This document shows, piece by piece, positions 25,401-38,879 of a stretch of DNA of 64,000 bases. Source of the DNA: Mobula hypostoma (lineage: Eukaryota). The notes under the pieces were generated by a model. That model was given only the letters and a program-made list of their open reading frames with translations. It was not told the DNA's origin and searched no databases. Each line of letters starts with the position of its first letter. Within the stretch, counting starts at the first letter, position 1. A program made the position numbers and the translations under genes. The stretch lies in assembly GCF_963921235.1 (NCBI RefSeq), contig NC_086097.1, positions 120,158,001 to 120,222,000 on the forward strand. The letters run 5' to 3'.

Positions 25401-26790
25401 ATACCGACACATCAGATTTCGGTTTCTCTTTTTCAAATTTCACAGTGAACTCAATCATGTTATGATCACTGCCTCCTAAGGGTTCCTTCACCTCAATCTC
25501 TCTAATCACCTCCGGTTCATTACACAATACCCAATCCAGTACAGCCGATTCCCTAGTGGGCTCAACAACAAGCTGTTCTAAAAAGCCATCTCGCAGACAT
25601 TCTACAAATTCTCTCTCTTGAGATCCAGTGCCGACCTAATTTTTCCAATCTACTCGCATGTTAAAATCCCCCAAAATTATCATAACACTGCCCTTCTGAC
25701 AAGCCTTTTCTATTTCCTGTTGTAATTTGTAGTCCACATCACTGCAGCTGTTTGGAGGCCTGTATATAACTGCCATCAGGGTCCTTTTACCCCTGCGATT
25801 TCTTAGCTCAATCCATAAAGATTCTGCACCTTCTGATCCGATGTCATCTTTTTCTAATGATAGATATAATGATAGATAGATAGATAAATATAGTTCATAT
25901 TTGACCTACCAAAATGAACCACCTCAGACTTCTCTGGGTTGAACTCCATCTGCCATTTCTCAGACCAGTTTTGTATCCTATCAATGTCTCAATGTAACCT
26001 CTGACAGTCCTCCACACTATCCACAACACCTCCAACCTTTGTGTCATCAGCAAATTTACTAACCCATTCCTCCACTTCTTCATCCAGGTCATTTATAAAA
26101 ATCATGAAATGTAGGGATTCCAGAACAGATCCCTGAGGCACACCACTGGTGACCAACCTCCATGTAGAATATGACCCATCTACATCCTCTCTTTGCCTTC
26201 TTTGGGCAAGCCAGTTCTGGATCCACAAAGGAATTTCCCCTTGGATCCCATGGCCCCTTACTTTCTCAATAAGCCTTGCATGAGGTACCTTATCAAATGC
26301 CTTGCTGAAATCCATATACACTACATCTACTGCTCTACCTTCATTAATGTGTTTAGTCACATCCTCAAAAAATTCAATCAGGCTTGTAAGGCACAGCCTG
26401 CCTTTCCCAAAACCATGCTGACTATTCTTAATCATATTATGCCTCTCCAAATGTTCATAAATCCTGCCTCTCAGGATCTTCTCCATCAACTTGCTAACCA
26501 CTGAAGTAAGACTCACTGGTCTATAATCTCCTGGGCTATCTCTACACTTTTTCTTGAATAACAGAACAACATCCGCAACCCTCCAATCCTCCAGAACCTC
26601 TCCCATCCCTATTGATGAAGCAAAGATCATCGCCAGAGGTTCAACAATTTCCTACCTCGCCTCCCACAGTAGCCTGGGGTACATCCCGTCCGGTCCCGGT
26701 GACTTATCCAACTTGATGTTTTCCAAAATCTCCTGCACATCCTCTTTCTTAATATCTACATGCTCAAACTTTTCAGTCCGCTGTAAGTCA
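22445..26790 (-). mobile_element. CR1 LINE (host copy; segments 22445-23191 and 25895-26790)
   Basis: ORFs 25989-26630 (YRPVSLTS, DFSKAFD, GVPQGS, KFADD), 23016-23297, 22818-23009 and 22527-22811 are collinear once the nested copy is removed. Confidence 0.9.
23192..25894 (-). mobile_element. Nested 2.7-kb CR1 LINE (endonuclease end through RT and 3' UTR)
   Basis: ORFs 25288-25527 (PLGGSDHNMIEF), 24793-25284, 23807-24295 and 23573-23791; (TGGTCTTA)n tail; TCATAT duplicated at 23186-23191 and 25895-25900. Confidence 0.92.
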
Positions 26791-26794
26791 GTTT

Positions 26795-27320
26795 CCTGGT
26801 AATTTCCTCAAAAAACTGTATAAGATTGGTTAGACATGACCTACCAGACTTGAAGCCATGCTGACTATTCTTAATCATTCCATGTCTATCCAAATACTTA
26901 TATATCTGGTCCCTAAGGATAGCTTCCAACAATTTATGTTGGACTCAGTAGCCCATATTTTCCTGGTTTATGCTTAGAACCTTATTTAAACAACAGAAAA
27001 ACATTGGTTATCCCCCAAATCTCTGGTAAATCACCTATTGCTAAGAATAATTTAAGTATTTCTTCTAGGGCACCGACAAATTCTCCACTTGCCATCTGTA
27101 GAGAACACCTTGCCAGGGAACACCCTGGGAATTTGTCCTCCCTGATTTTCCTCAGAAGAGCAAACATCTCCTCCTATGTAACCTGTACAGTGTCCATGAA
27201 ATTAATGGCACTTTGCCTCATTTCTATAGACTCCGTATCCATCTCCCAAATAAACAGAGGTGTATATAATTCATTTAAGATTTCCCCCATTTGTTTTGGC
27301 TTCACACATGGATTACTATT
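26795..27320 (-). mobile_element. Old CR1 ORF2 fragment
   Basis: ORFs 27174-27383 (MGEILNE) and 26982-27167 (GDLPEIW..TNV.LLFK). Confidence 0.7.
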
Positions 27321-27574
27321 TCTGTGCAGAAATAGTATATTTAGGTAATGTGTTTTGGTTTGAAGGAATGAAAAGTCATGCATTAATTCAAAAATAAGAA
27401 CCTAATTGAGCAGTAGATCAATGGGGTTGAAAGTACAAACACACAGTTATCGAAAGCATCTAGAATGTTACCAAGGCCAACAAAAAGCAAATCATGTGTT
27501 GATTTCAAGAAAGATAGGATTTTAAGAAAAATATTTATGCCAGCCTGGAATTGAAATTATTTTGTTTATTTGGA

Positions 27575-27910
27575 TATACATCAGAGTAACAGGCCATTCT
27601 GGCCCAATGAGCCTGCAGCACCCAGATACACACAAATGACCAATTAACCCACTAACCCTCCCCATCCTGACGAAGGGTCTCAGCCATAGATGCTGCCTGA
27701 ACTGCTGAGGTCCTGCACCATTTTGTGTGTGTTACTGTTGATTTCCAGAATCTGCAAAATCTCTCGAATTTATAATCTACTAATGCCTAGATCTTTGGGA
27801 TGTCTGAGGAAAGCCAAATAGTTATAGCAAGAGTGTTTAAACCCCTTACAGACAGTGGTGGGAATTGAACCCAGGTTACCAGTACTGTAAACCATTATGC
27901 TATCCTTCAC
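27575..27910 (-). mobile_element. Decayed V-SINE interrupted by a plus-strand hammerhead unit (about 27662-27768)
   Basis: B-box complement GGAATTGAACCC at about 27862. The insert begins TCCTGACGAAGGGTCTCAGCC with the GAAA segment deleted. Confidence 0.6.
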
Positions 27911-28484
27911 ACTACCATTCAGTATAGTTCTTCTACCATTGTATGGAAAGAACAAAGGCACTGGAGGTGATTAAAAAATGTTTTGTGGAGGTGAAACCTA
28001 AATTGCCAGATTATACCTAGTAGTAAATAATGAAGAGTTTCGGTCTCCTTTCTGTGGATAACGAAAAACTGAGAGTAACACCTAACTGGAGGCAATGTGT
28101 GGAAGAAATGAAGCAGAAGATCATTGATTAAGGATCAACAGAATTTATTTGCTCAGTGAGTACATAAAATGTGGAACTTGCTCCATATGTAGTCTTTGAA
28201 GTGAAGAGTACCGACGTGTTAAAGGAAAAGCTAAATCAGCATATATGGGAAAGGGCAGTAGACAATTCTGATGGAACTAAATGACGGAGAGTGATGGGAG
28301 GAGGCTAGGGCAAGTCTAAATAGCAAACTGAAGCTACTGGTCTCAATAGTCCATTACTGTTTTACGCATGGCAAGGAATTCTCTGTAATAGTAAATGAAG
28401 GTGGTGCCATTCAATGTTGTTCACTTAAGAAAACTATAGATTTAAAAAATTGTTTTTAAATCAGAAAGTGAGTATTTTAACAAT

Positions 28485-28950
28485 ATGGAACATAGAACAT
28501 TACAGCACAGCACAGGCCCTTCAAGTTACCATATTATGTCGCCCTTTAAACTATTCTAAGGTCAATCAAACCCTTCCCTTCTACATAGATCTCCATCTTT
28601 CTATCATCTATGTATCTATCTAAAAGATTCTTAAATGCCCCTAATATACCTGTCTCTACCACCACTGGCAGGGTGCCCCACGCACCCGGCACTTTGTGTG
28701 TAAAAAACTTACCTGTGACATCCTCCCTATACTTTCCTCCAATCACCTTAAAATTAAGTTCCCTTTTATTAGCCCATTACTGCCCTGAGATTAAGTCTCT
28801 GGCTATCTACTGGATCTAAGCCTCTTAATATCTTGTACATATCTAACAAGTTACCTCTCATTGTCATTGACTGCAAAGAGAAAAGCCCTACTTGCTGAAT
28901 CTCGCTTCATCAGACATGCCCACTAGTCCAGATAGTGTCCTGGTAAATCT
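28485..28950 (-). mobile_element. CR1 LINE 3' end
   Basis: ORF 28546-28746 (GKFFTHKV.GAW.TLP) and (TGTTCTA)n tail. Confidence 0.8.
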
Positions 28951-28968
28951 AAGCCTATTTTAAAATTA

Positions 28969-29102
28969 AACACAGAGATTCTGCAGATGCTGGAAACCCA
29001 GAGCAATACTCACAGAGTGCTGCAGGAACTCAGCAGTTCAGGTAGCATCTACGGAGAGGAATAAACAGTAGACATTTCCGGCCCAGATCCTTTATCAGGA
29101 CT
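28969..29102 (-). mobile_element. Short stand-alone Penelope-terminus/hammerhead unit, decayed
   Basis: Minus strand AGTCCTGATAAAGGATCTGGGCCGGAAATGTCTACTG...GTTTCCAGCATCTGCAGAATCTC. Confidence 0.75.
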
Positions 29103-29689
29103 TATTTTTAAGGGATTTTTTAAAAAAGTATTGTGGTTCAATAGATAATTTGGAAGGTGCATTGTTATTTGTTCCATACCATTAACACAATCAAATTCAT
29201 TACCTTCTAATATACCAGATTTACTTTTAAACTAGTATCACAGATGAAATTACGCATTTTAATTAACAATTTTGCATAATAAATCCATGTAGAATTATAT
29301 GGAATTACTGCAAAGAAACAAGCAACAACTAATGTTCATGCTTCACAGAAATCTCTTTTCACTATATTTTCTATATTTTCTTCATTTATGCTTACTTACA
29401 TATCTTTCTTTTTCAACCCCCCGCCCCCACCCCCCACCATAGGTGTCTGGCTTCAATACTTGTGGAGCAATACAATTCATGCATTACCACATTCCACTGT
29501 CTTACTTTCTCAGAGGAAATACTTTTTCCTTGATTCCTTAATGGATTTTTTACTCCATACTTTTTGTTTTGGACTTCTACAAGTAGAATTATCTTTTCTA
29601 CATTCCTCGGTGTAAAACACCTCCATAATTTCTGAAAGCCTAGCATAGCAATTCGTGCCTCATTTTACAACACCAATGATCACCCATCA

Positions 29690-29965
29690 GGGTTTAATTC
29701 CCATTGCTGCCCTAAAGCAGTATGTACACTCCCCCAGAGTGTGCGTGAATTTTCTCTGGGTGCTCCGGTGTCCTCCCACATTCCAAAGTGTACAGGTAAG
29801 GTTAGTGAGTTGTGGGCATTATAGTTGGCATTGGAAGCGTGGCAACACTTGTGAGTTCCCCAAACACAAACATCACTGATTTGATTTGATGCAGAATGAT
29901 GCATTTCACTGAATGCTTTGATGTGCATGTGACTAATAAGGCTAATCTTTAAAATCTTTTTAAAA
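29690..29965 (+). mobile_element. V-SINE-like element with an alternative 3' tail
   Basis: Core CTGGGTGCTCCGGTGTCCTCCCACATTCCAAAG; its tail also occurs inverted at about 15715-15870. Confidence 0.65.
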
Positions 29966-31885
29966 ATCTGTCAGATTCCAAAGCGTTAATATTTAAAACT
30001 CTCCTAATATTTGTCCCTGTACAATTTTGTAATCATCCTAATACAGTTTTTTTTTCCCTTTTCCCGTGATAATGCTGGCTTAATAACTCATTCAAGAGAT
30101 GATATTTCAACAAATTCAACTTTTCTTTCATGCCATCCTGGACTCTGTGCTCAGGTCTCTTAAGAGTGGCTTAAACCTGTGATCACAGAGGGGAGAAACC
30201 GACAAAGCTGTTGCCAGAAAAGAAGTGGTTTAGGTTGACTCATGAATAATTTGGACTTCAAGGCCTTAGGCTAGTCCAGAGGCAGTAGGTACCTTGAAAT
30301 GATAAGCGACAAGTACTTGCTCACAAATAACAACCTGTAAAAGGTTTTCCAAGAATTATTGTATTGGACATCGATGAAAACATTGGCTGCTTTCATTATC
30401 TGTGACTACCACTGCTTCCCCTGCTGTGGCACATTTTGAGCCTTATAAAAGTATTGACAATCTTATGGTGAGTTGTTCAAATGCAGGATGGTCGTTAAAA
30501 ACAAAATAACCTACTTTGGATGCGGCATGCGTTTATCTTGATGGAAAATATCATTGCAACTGCTAATATGCCAAATTCAGGAAAACATAGATTCTGAAAT
30601 GATTAAAGGTAAAAAAAAACATATAAGTTGTAGACATGATCTTAGCAGGAATCCCTTGCTGCTTAGCTTTCTCAGATGCCCATGAAGAATTGTCAATCCC
30701 TTAGCTCTTATCTCAGGCTCAGTACACAGAATACTGGCTCAGGATAGATTCCACCTCCCCAGTGGATATAAATAGGTGCCAATGCCTATTTTTGTAGACA
30801 AAGAGAGACATTGTATTTCTATAATTCAGGTTGTCCTTTATTTGAGGCTTAACAACATCGAGGGAGAAAGCAAAACCGTATCATATCCCTTTGCTCAGTG
30901 GGACTTTAAGTTGCCCTGTCTCATCCCTACACAGTCCCTTTCTCCCTCTACCATCACACACACACACGACACTAAATGGGTATATTATGCGTGTTGAGAA
31001 TGAAGTACTTCAGGCAGCTGAGATCCTGGTGCTCTCATAACGAATACTAGCTACATGCAAAAGATTTTTTTTCTCTCTCCATGATTTCAGATTATGGATC
31101 TGTCTTTAACCTTTAACAGTGAGATTTCACCTTCAAAATACAGAGATTCATTGTCAAAGGTTGCTGGACCTCAAAGCTACTTTGAAGGAAATATAATTAA
31201 TTAACCAATTATGGATAAAATTTGAGATTGCATTTGAGCTATTAAATCTGCATTGCCTTCTTATGCTCTATTTGCAAAATCCTCTTTTGCAAGCTTGCAA
31301 AAGGCAATAATGGTGCTTCTTTGGTATATTTTGTAATAAGGCATGCTTAATTGGGTTCATTAAAGGCATTTAGAATTAATGCTCCATCTTGCTGTCTTTT
31401 CTTTGAAGCTTGTGGCAATCCTTCCAGAGGCTGTTTTCCTATCTTCCAAGCATAATATCTGAAAATGCATACAGTCAACTTCAAACCTGCAGGGCTCAAT
31501 ATTCACAACAGAGAATGAAAGAGCAAAGTAGCTAAGCCAAGAAATTACTTACGGCAATATCAACCAACAGAAGTTAATCACCTTGAACAGATCAATACCC
31601 CTTAGTTATTACAGTAGATAAAAAGCAGGTTCTACAAACATTTTTATTGATTAGTAGCTAAAATCACAATCATAATTAAGGCTCTCTCACTGCATTATTT
31701 ACTCAAGAACTCTCATGTCTAAAAGCACAGGCATCTTTCATAAACTTAAAATGAATCTTGAAAATTATGGTGAATAGATTGCAACATGCACTAGAGCTAT
31801 TATGGGAGGTACTGCAAAAAGCACAAGGTATCATTATATCCTTCAAGTTCTTCTCAAATATGGGTGTACGACACAATGATAACAC

Positions 31886-32020
31886 ATATTCAGTGGCCAC
31901 TTTATGAGGTACTTCCAATAAAGTGGCCGCTGCTGTAGCCCATCCACTTCAAGGTTCAACAAGTTGTGAATTCAGAGATGTTCTTCTGCACACCACTGTT
32001 GTAACATGTGATCATTAGAG
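31886..32020 (-). mobile_element. Terminal fragment of the Tc1-derived family
   Basis: TCAGTGGCCACTTTATGAGGTACTTCCAATAAAGTGGCC mini-palindrome followed by sequence matching 14445-14520. Confidence 0.7.
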
Positions 32021-32089
32021 CCATGTGCACAACGTTAGGAAGTTGTGGATCTTGGAATTGATCATCTCTTTCCCAGGACAATGGAACAG

Positions 32090-32400
32090 TCGAAAACTCA
32101 AGAAATACTGCAGTTGTTTGAAATCTGGAGTAACACACACTAAATGCTGGAGCAACTCAGCTGGTCTGGTGCCATCTATATCTATGGAGAGGAATAAACC
32201 GTTGACATTTTGGGCTGAGGCCTTTCATCAGGAGATATGAACAATCAACCTGCTGGAGGAACTCAACAGGTCAAGCAGCATTTGTGTGGGTAAAGTGCTG
32301 TCGATATTTCAAGTCAAGTACCTGCATCAGGACCTGCTGTGTTCCTCCAGCAGATTATTTACTGAGCCAGATATCAACATCTGCAGTCTCTTTGTTTCCA
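32090..32400 (-). mobile_element. Two adjacent short Penelope-terminus/hammerhead units; the second is partly palindromic
   Basis: Minus strand CCTGATGAAAGGCCTCAGCCCAAAATGTC (about 32232-32204) and GTCCTGATGCAGGTACTTGACTTGAAATATCGAC (about 32333-32300). Confidence 0.7.
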
Positions 32401-32771
32401 TCACTATAGGAGTTCCTTAGGACAGTGTAATGCACTCTGCAATCATCAGCTTCAGCTTCTTCACTGATCTTCCCTTGGTCCTCAGGCCAGAATGGCAGAT
32501 GATTACACAATGCTGAGTTCCATTCTTATTGAGGTGGTCAATGTCTATATACAGCAAGACCATTTAAACCCTGGGTTGACAGCACAGATGACATGAGTTG
32601 ATGTCATATTATATGATAGACATTAACCATTACCAGAATGAGTACTCAGTCAGTGAGACCTTTAGCATCAATTGATACCCACCATTAATACCCTGGTATA
32701 AATGGCCACCATTACCCAGAATAGTAAAATACAAGGTTCAAGATTGTTTATAGTCATTCTTCAGTATATGA

Positions 32772-33728
32772 GTGCTGATGACACCACTATTGTGGGCGTA
32801 TCAAAGGTGGTGATGAATCAGCATACAGGAGAGAGATTGAGGATCTGGCTGAGTGGTGTCATAATGACAACCTCTCACTCAATGTCAGCAAAACTGAGGA
32901 ACTGATTATAGACTTCAGGAGAGGGAAACCAGAGGTCCCTGAGCCTGTCCTCATCGGAGGATCAGAGGTGGAGAGAGCCAGCAGCTTGAAATTCCCGGGT
33001 GTCACTACCTTAGAGGATCTGCCCTGAACCCATCATATAAATGTAATTGCAAAGAAAGCACAATAGTGCCTCTACTTACTTAGAACACTACAAAGATTTG
33101 GCATGACATTAAAAACATTGACAAATTTCTATAGATGTGTGGTGGGAAGTGCATTGACTGGCTGCATTATGACCTGGTATGGAAACACCAATGACTCTGA
33201 AAGGCAAATCCTAGAAAAGGTAATGGGTTTGGCCCAGTACATCATGGACAGAGCCCTTCCAACCATTGAGCACATCTACATGAAAAACTGTCTTAGGAAA
33301 GTAGCATCTATTATCAAAGATGCTTACCACCCAGACCATGCACTTTTCTCACTGCTGCCATTAGGCAAGAGATACAAGAGCGGCAGGGCATGGACCATCA
33401 GGTTCAAGAACAGTAACTACTCCTCAATCATCACCCTCTTGAACAAAAGAGGATAATTACACTCATCTATTCAGATGTTCCCAGAACCAATGATCTCACT
33501 TTAAGGAGTCTTTATCTTGAAATTTCATTCTTTTGTTATTTATTGCTATTTATTTATAATTGCATTTCAACAGTTTATTGTCCTCTATGCTCTTGCTCTT
33601 TCATTGATCCTGTTTACAGCTACTATTCTAAGAATTGCTAGGTAAGCCTCTAGGAAAGGAATCACAGGATTGTATGTGATGACATGTATGTACCCTGATA
33701 ATAAATTTTACTTTGAACTTCGAACTTT
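32772..33728 (+). mobile_element. Rex1/Babar-type LINE 3' portion
   Basis: ADDTTIVG motif, ORF 33103-33456 (LTNFYRC...LFSLLPLGKRY) and (CTTTGAA)n-like tail. Confidence 0.85.
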
Positions 33729-34049
33729 TAAAAAATAATGAAATGATTGTTACTTGAGATCCGATGCTGCATTATAAAATCAGCTAAACATAAAGAACAT
33801 AATTTTAAAAACAAGAAAAATATGAATATAAATATAAATAAATCCCATAAAACACAATGTACAAGTAATTGTTAGAGTGATCACATATACATACATACGG
33901 TTGCTTATATATGTAGACTAATTGTATGTACAAAGCATGAAGAGACAGTGCATGTGGGGATAAACCAGCCACTTCAGTTTCGTGCTGCCATGAGTGACTC
34001 ACCTTCTAATTCCCAAAAGTTTTCCATTATCCATTGAATCCAAGTTTAT

Positions 34050-37025
34050 TTATTGACTTTATTTATTTCTTACATCCTTCACATACATGAGGAGTAAAAA
34101 TCTTTATGTTACGTCTCCGACTAAATATGCAATGCGCAATCCTAGTAATTTATATTAATTTATAATAAATAGAAAAGTCAATGTCACATAGAAATACACT
34201 CAAATCAGCGTGAGTTAATCAGTCTGATGGCTTGGTGGAAGAAGCTGTCCCGGAGACTGTTGGTCCTGGCTTTTATGCTGCGGTACCGATTCCCAAATGA
34301 TAGCAGCTGGAATAGATTGGGGTTGGGATGACTTGGGTCCCCAATGATCCTTCGGACCCTTTTCTCACACCTGTCTCTCTAAATGCCCTGAATAGCGGGA
34401 AGTTCACAACTACAGATGCACTGGGCTGTCAATAGACAATAGACAATAGGTGCAGGAGTAGGCCAGTCGGCACTTCGAGCCAGCACCGCCATTCACTGTG
34501 ATCATGGCTGATCATCCATAATCAGTATCCAGTTCCTGCTTTATCCCCATAACCTTTGATTCCGCTATCTTTAAGAGCTCGATCCATCTCTTTCTTGAAA
34601 GCATCCAGAGACTTGGCCTCCACAGCCTTCTGGGGCAGAGCATTCCATATATCCACCACTCTCAAGGTGAAAAAATTTTTCCTCCACTCCGTTCTAAATA
34701 GCCTACCCCTAATTCTTAAACTGTGGCCTCTGGTTCTGGACTCACCCATCAGCGGGAACATGCTTCCTGCCTGCAGCATGTCCAATCCCTTAATAATCTT
34801 ATATGTTTCAATAAGATCCCCTCTCAGCCTTCTAAATTCCAGAGTATACAAGCCCAGTCACTCCAATCTTTTGACATATGACAGTCCAGCCATCCCGGGA
34901 ATTAACCTTGTGAACCTACGCTGCACTCCCTCAATAGCAAGAATGTTCTTCCTCAAATTTGGAGACCAAAACTGTACACAATACTCCAGGTGTGGCCTCA
35001 CCAGGGCCCTGTACAGCTGCAGAAGGACGTCTTTGCTCTTATACTCAATTCCCCTTGTTATAAAGGCCAGCATGCCATTAGACTTTTTCACTGTCTGCTG
35101 TACTTGCATGCTTGCTTTCAGTGACTGATGTACAAGAACACCTAGTTCTCGTTGTGCTTCCCCTTTTCCTAACTTGACTCTCTTTAGATAATAATCTGCC
35201 TTCCCGTTCTTACCACCAAAGTGGATAACCTCACATTTATCCACATTAAACTGCATCTGCCATGCATCTGCCCACTCACCCAGCCTGTCCAAGTCACCCT
35301 GCATTCTCATAACATCCTCCTCACATTTCGCACTGCCTCCTAGCTTTGTGTCATCGGCAAATTTGCTAATGTTACTTTTAATTCCCTCACCTAAATCATT
35401 AATATATGTTGTAAACAGCTGCGGTCCCAGTACTGAACCCTGCAGTACCCCACTGGTCACCGCCTGCCATTCCGAAAGGGACCCGTTAATCGCTACTCTT
35501 TGTTTTCTGTCAGCCAGCCAATTTTCAATCCATGTCAGTACTCTGCCCCCAATACCATGTGCCATAATCTTGCCCACTAATCTCCTATGTGGGACTTTAT
35601 CAAAGGCTTTCTGAAAGTCCAGGTACACTACATCCACTGGCTGTCCCTTGTCCATTTTCATAGATACATTCTCAAAAAATTCCAGAAGATTAGTCAAGCA
35701 CGATTTCCCCTTCATAAATCCATGTTGATTCGGACCAATCCTGTTACTGCTATCCAGATGTGTTGTAATTTCATCTTTTATAATTGACTCCAGCATCTTT
35801 CCCACCACCGACGTCAGGCTAACTGGTCTATAATTCCCGGTTTTCTCTCTTCCTCCCTTCTTGAAGAGAGGGACAACATTAGTCACCCTCCAATCCACAG
35901 GAACTGGTCCTGAATCTATAGAACATTGGAAAATGATTACCAATGCGTCCACGATTTCTAAAGCCACCTCCTTAAGTACCCTGGGATGCAGACCATCAGG
36001 TCCCGGGGACTTATCAGCCTTCAGACCCAACAGTCTATCCAACACCATTTCCTGCCTAATATAAATTTCCTTCAATTCGTCCATTACCCTAGGTCCTTTG
36101 GCCACTACAATATGAGGGAGATTGTTTGTGTCTTCCCTAGTGAAGACATATCCAAGTACCTGCTCAACTCGTCTGCCATTTCCTTGTTCCCCATAATAAC
36201 TACACTCGCTTCTTTCTTCAAGGGCGCAATTTTGGTCTTAACTATTTTTTTTTCCTTTTCACATACCTAAAGAAGCTTTCACTATTCTCCTTTATATTCT
36301 TGGCTAGTTCACCTTCGTACCTCATTTTTTCTCCACGTATTGCCTTTTTAGTTACCTTCTGTTGCTCTTTAAGAGTTTCCCAATCCTCCGGCTTCCCACT
36401 CTTGTCCACATCACTCTCTGCAGAATCCTGTGATTAAGGGAGGTACAGTTCCCAAACCAGGCAGTGATGCAACCAGTCAGGATGCTCTCAATTGTGCCCT
36501 GTTGAAATTTCTTAGAATTTGGGGGCCCGTACCAAACTTCCTCAACCAACTGAGATGAAAAAGTTGCTGTTGTGCAGACCACATGAGGTCCTCAGTGATG
36601 TGGATGCTGAGGAACTCAAAGCTGTTTACCCTCTCAACCCCAAATCAACTGATGTCACTAGGGGTTAGCCTGTCTCCATTCCTCCAGGGATCCACAACCA
36701 GCTCCTTTGTTTTTGCAACATTAAGGGAGTGGTTGTTTTCTTAACACCACTATGGCAGACAGATGACTTCTTCCCTGTAGGCCGCCTCTTTATTATTTGA
36801 AATTAGGCCAATCAATGTAGTGTCGTCGGTAAATTAGTTAGCAGATTGGAGCTGCGGATGGTGACACAGTCATGGGTATACAGGGAGTAAAGGAGGGGAC
36901 TCAGTACACAGCCCTGAGTGGCTCCTGTGTTGAGAGTCAGAGGGGTGGAGATGAAGGAGCTCACTCTTTCCACCTGCCAGCAATCTGACATGAAGTCCAG
37001 GATCAAGCTGCACAAGGCAGGGTCA
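34050..37025 (-). mobile_element. Rex1/Babar-type LINE (segments 34050-34430 and 36403-37025) split by a CR1
   Basis: ORF 36812-37015 (LNTGATQGCVLSPLLYSLYTHDC) and IESILTGCITAWFGN. Host sequence rejoins across TGTC at 34427-34430 / 36403-36406. Confidence 0.85.
34431..36402 (-). mobile_element. Young 5'-truncated CR1 LINE with a 415-aa uninterrupted RT frame (34858-36105)
   Basis: KSPGPDG, NYRPVSLTS, DFQKAFD, QGSVLGP and KFADD motifs; (TATTGTC)n tail. Confidence 0.95.
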
Positions 37026-37084
37026 AAGCCTATTATTCATCAAAGGATGTGGTCAAATACTCATCAGCTGCCAATCTGGGGGGA

Positions 37085-38046
37085 GGGAAGCAGCACAGTG
37101 GAGAGGCGGGTGGAGCTGTCACCTCACAGTTCTAGTGATGCAGATTCAATTCTCATCTGCAGTGCTGGTTATATCAAAGTTCAAACTAAATTCATTATCC
37201 AAGTATGGTTGTGTCAACTGTATACTACCTTGAGATTCATATTCGTGCAGGCATTTAGTGGAAAATAAAGAAATACAGTAGAATTTATGAAAATCTACAC
37301 ATAACAAAGACCGACAAACAACCAATGTGCAAAATAAGATACTTTTTGAAAATAATACATTTTAAAAATAAATAAATGATACTGAGAATATAAATTGTAG
37401 AGTCCTTAAAAGTAAATTATAGGTTGTGGAGTTTGTCAGTGTCGAAATGACAGAAAATATCCACGCTGGTTCAGGAGCTTGTTGTTTGAAGGTAATAACT
37501 ATTCATGAACCTGGTGGTCTGGAACCTAAGGCTCCAGTACCTCTTTCCTGATGGTAGAAGTGAGAAGAGACCATGGCCTGGATAATGGGGGTTCTTGATG
37601 ATAGATGCTGCTTTCTTGTAGCTGTGCTCCTTGTAGATGTTGTAGATGTGCTCCCATGGTGGGGAGGGCTTTGCCTGTCATGAACTTGGCTGTATCCACC
37701 ACTTTTTGCAAACTTCTCCATTCCTGGGCATCGGTGCTTTCAACCCAGGTTGTGATGCAATCAGTCAGTATACTCTCCACTGTGCACCTACATAAGTTTG
37801 TCAAAGTTTTGGGTGATATCCCGACTCTAAGCAAACTTCAAAAGCAGTGAAGGCAATAGTGTGCCTTCTTTGTGATGTCAGTTACAAGGAGGTTACATGT
37901 TCTCCCTGTGACTTCCTTATGCTCTGGCTTCCCCCTACATCCTAAAGAAATGCAGTTTGGTAGATTAATTAGCTAATGTAAATTGTCCATGTGAGTAGGT
38001 GAGTGGTAAAATCTGAGAGGAGTTAAAGTGAAAGTGGAGAGAATAG
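37085..38046 (+). mobile_element. V-SINE split by a minus-strand Rex1 3' fragment (about 37175-37885)
   Basis: tRNA-like head at 37085-37170 (GATTCAATTC); core resumes at about 37888. Rex1 ORF 37526-37834 (LTNLCRCTVESILTDCITTW). Confidence 0.7.
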
Positions 38047-38090
38047 TTTGGGATCAGAATCAGGATCAGGTTTAATATCACCCGCAAATG

Positions 38091-38750
38091 CGAAAGGAGA
38101 AGATGGTGGTGCAACGCAGCACGCAGCGGCCACTCCAGTGGTGATGTCTGTTATTTGTTAAGTAGGGTCCCATGAACAATCCTGATTTGATGGAGACCGA
38201 TGTGAAAGCACAGAGGAACATCTGGGGAAACTTCTGAAATGCCTGCTTCGCTGCTGCTGCTACTGTGTGATCCAGAATCTCTGGAGGAGAAGGCCCCGAG
38301 TCCTCAGCTTTGCTTGTCGCTCGGCGGCCAGGGTGGGGTCAAAGCGCTCAGCAGAGGATGGTGCTCGGAGAGGCACCAAGTTTTCGTACGGACTCAGAGT
38401 CTGCTGCGGTCGGGTGCTTCCAATGGTGCTGCATCGGCAAGTTGGCGGCACTTGGAGGTTCATCGCAGGGAGAGTTCTTCCCTTCTGCTGCCTGCGTGAG
38501 ATGATGAGTCTATTGGGACTTTGAGACTTTTTTTTACCGTGCCCATGGTCTGCTCTTTATCAAATTACGGTATTGCTTTGCACTGTTGTAACTATATGTT
38601 ATAATTATGTAGATTTGTCAGTTTTAGTCTTGGTTTGTCCTGTGTTTTCTTGTGATATCAATCTGGAGGAACATTGTATCATTTTTTAATGCATGCATTT
38701 CTAAATGACAATAAACGAGGACTGAGTGTCCTCATAATCTAATCTAACCT
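38091..38750 (+). mobile_element. Non-coding non-autonomous retroposon (about 660 bp), copy 1
   Basis: Starts GGAGAAGATGG and ends AATAAA-GAGGAC TGAGT GTCCTC-(TAATC)n. AAATG duplicated at 38086-38090 / 38751-38755. Aligns with 54393-55026. Confidence 0.85.
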
Positions 38751-38879
38751 AAATGTCGTGAAATTTGTTAACTTTGCCGCAGCAGTACAATGAAATATAG
38801 AAAATTACAGTAGACACATACATCTATATAAAATAATTAAATTAAATAAGGAGTGCAAAAACAGAAAGTATAAAGAAGA

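Noticed and set aside
34858..36105. 415-aa open RT frame as an active or domesticated gene
   Set aside because: It is a 5'-truncated CR1 copy lacking endonuclease and ORF1, with a stop before the C-terminus; recent insertion explains the open frame.
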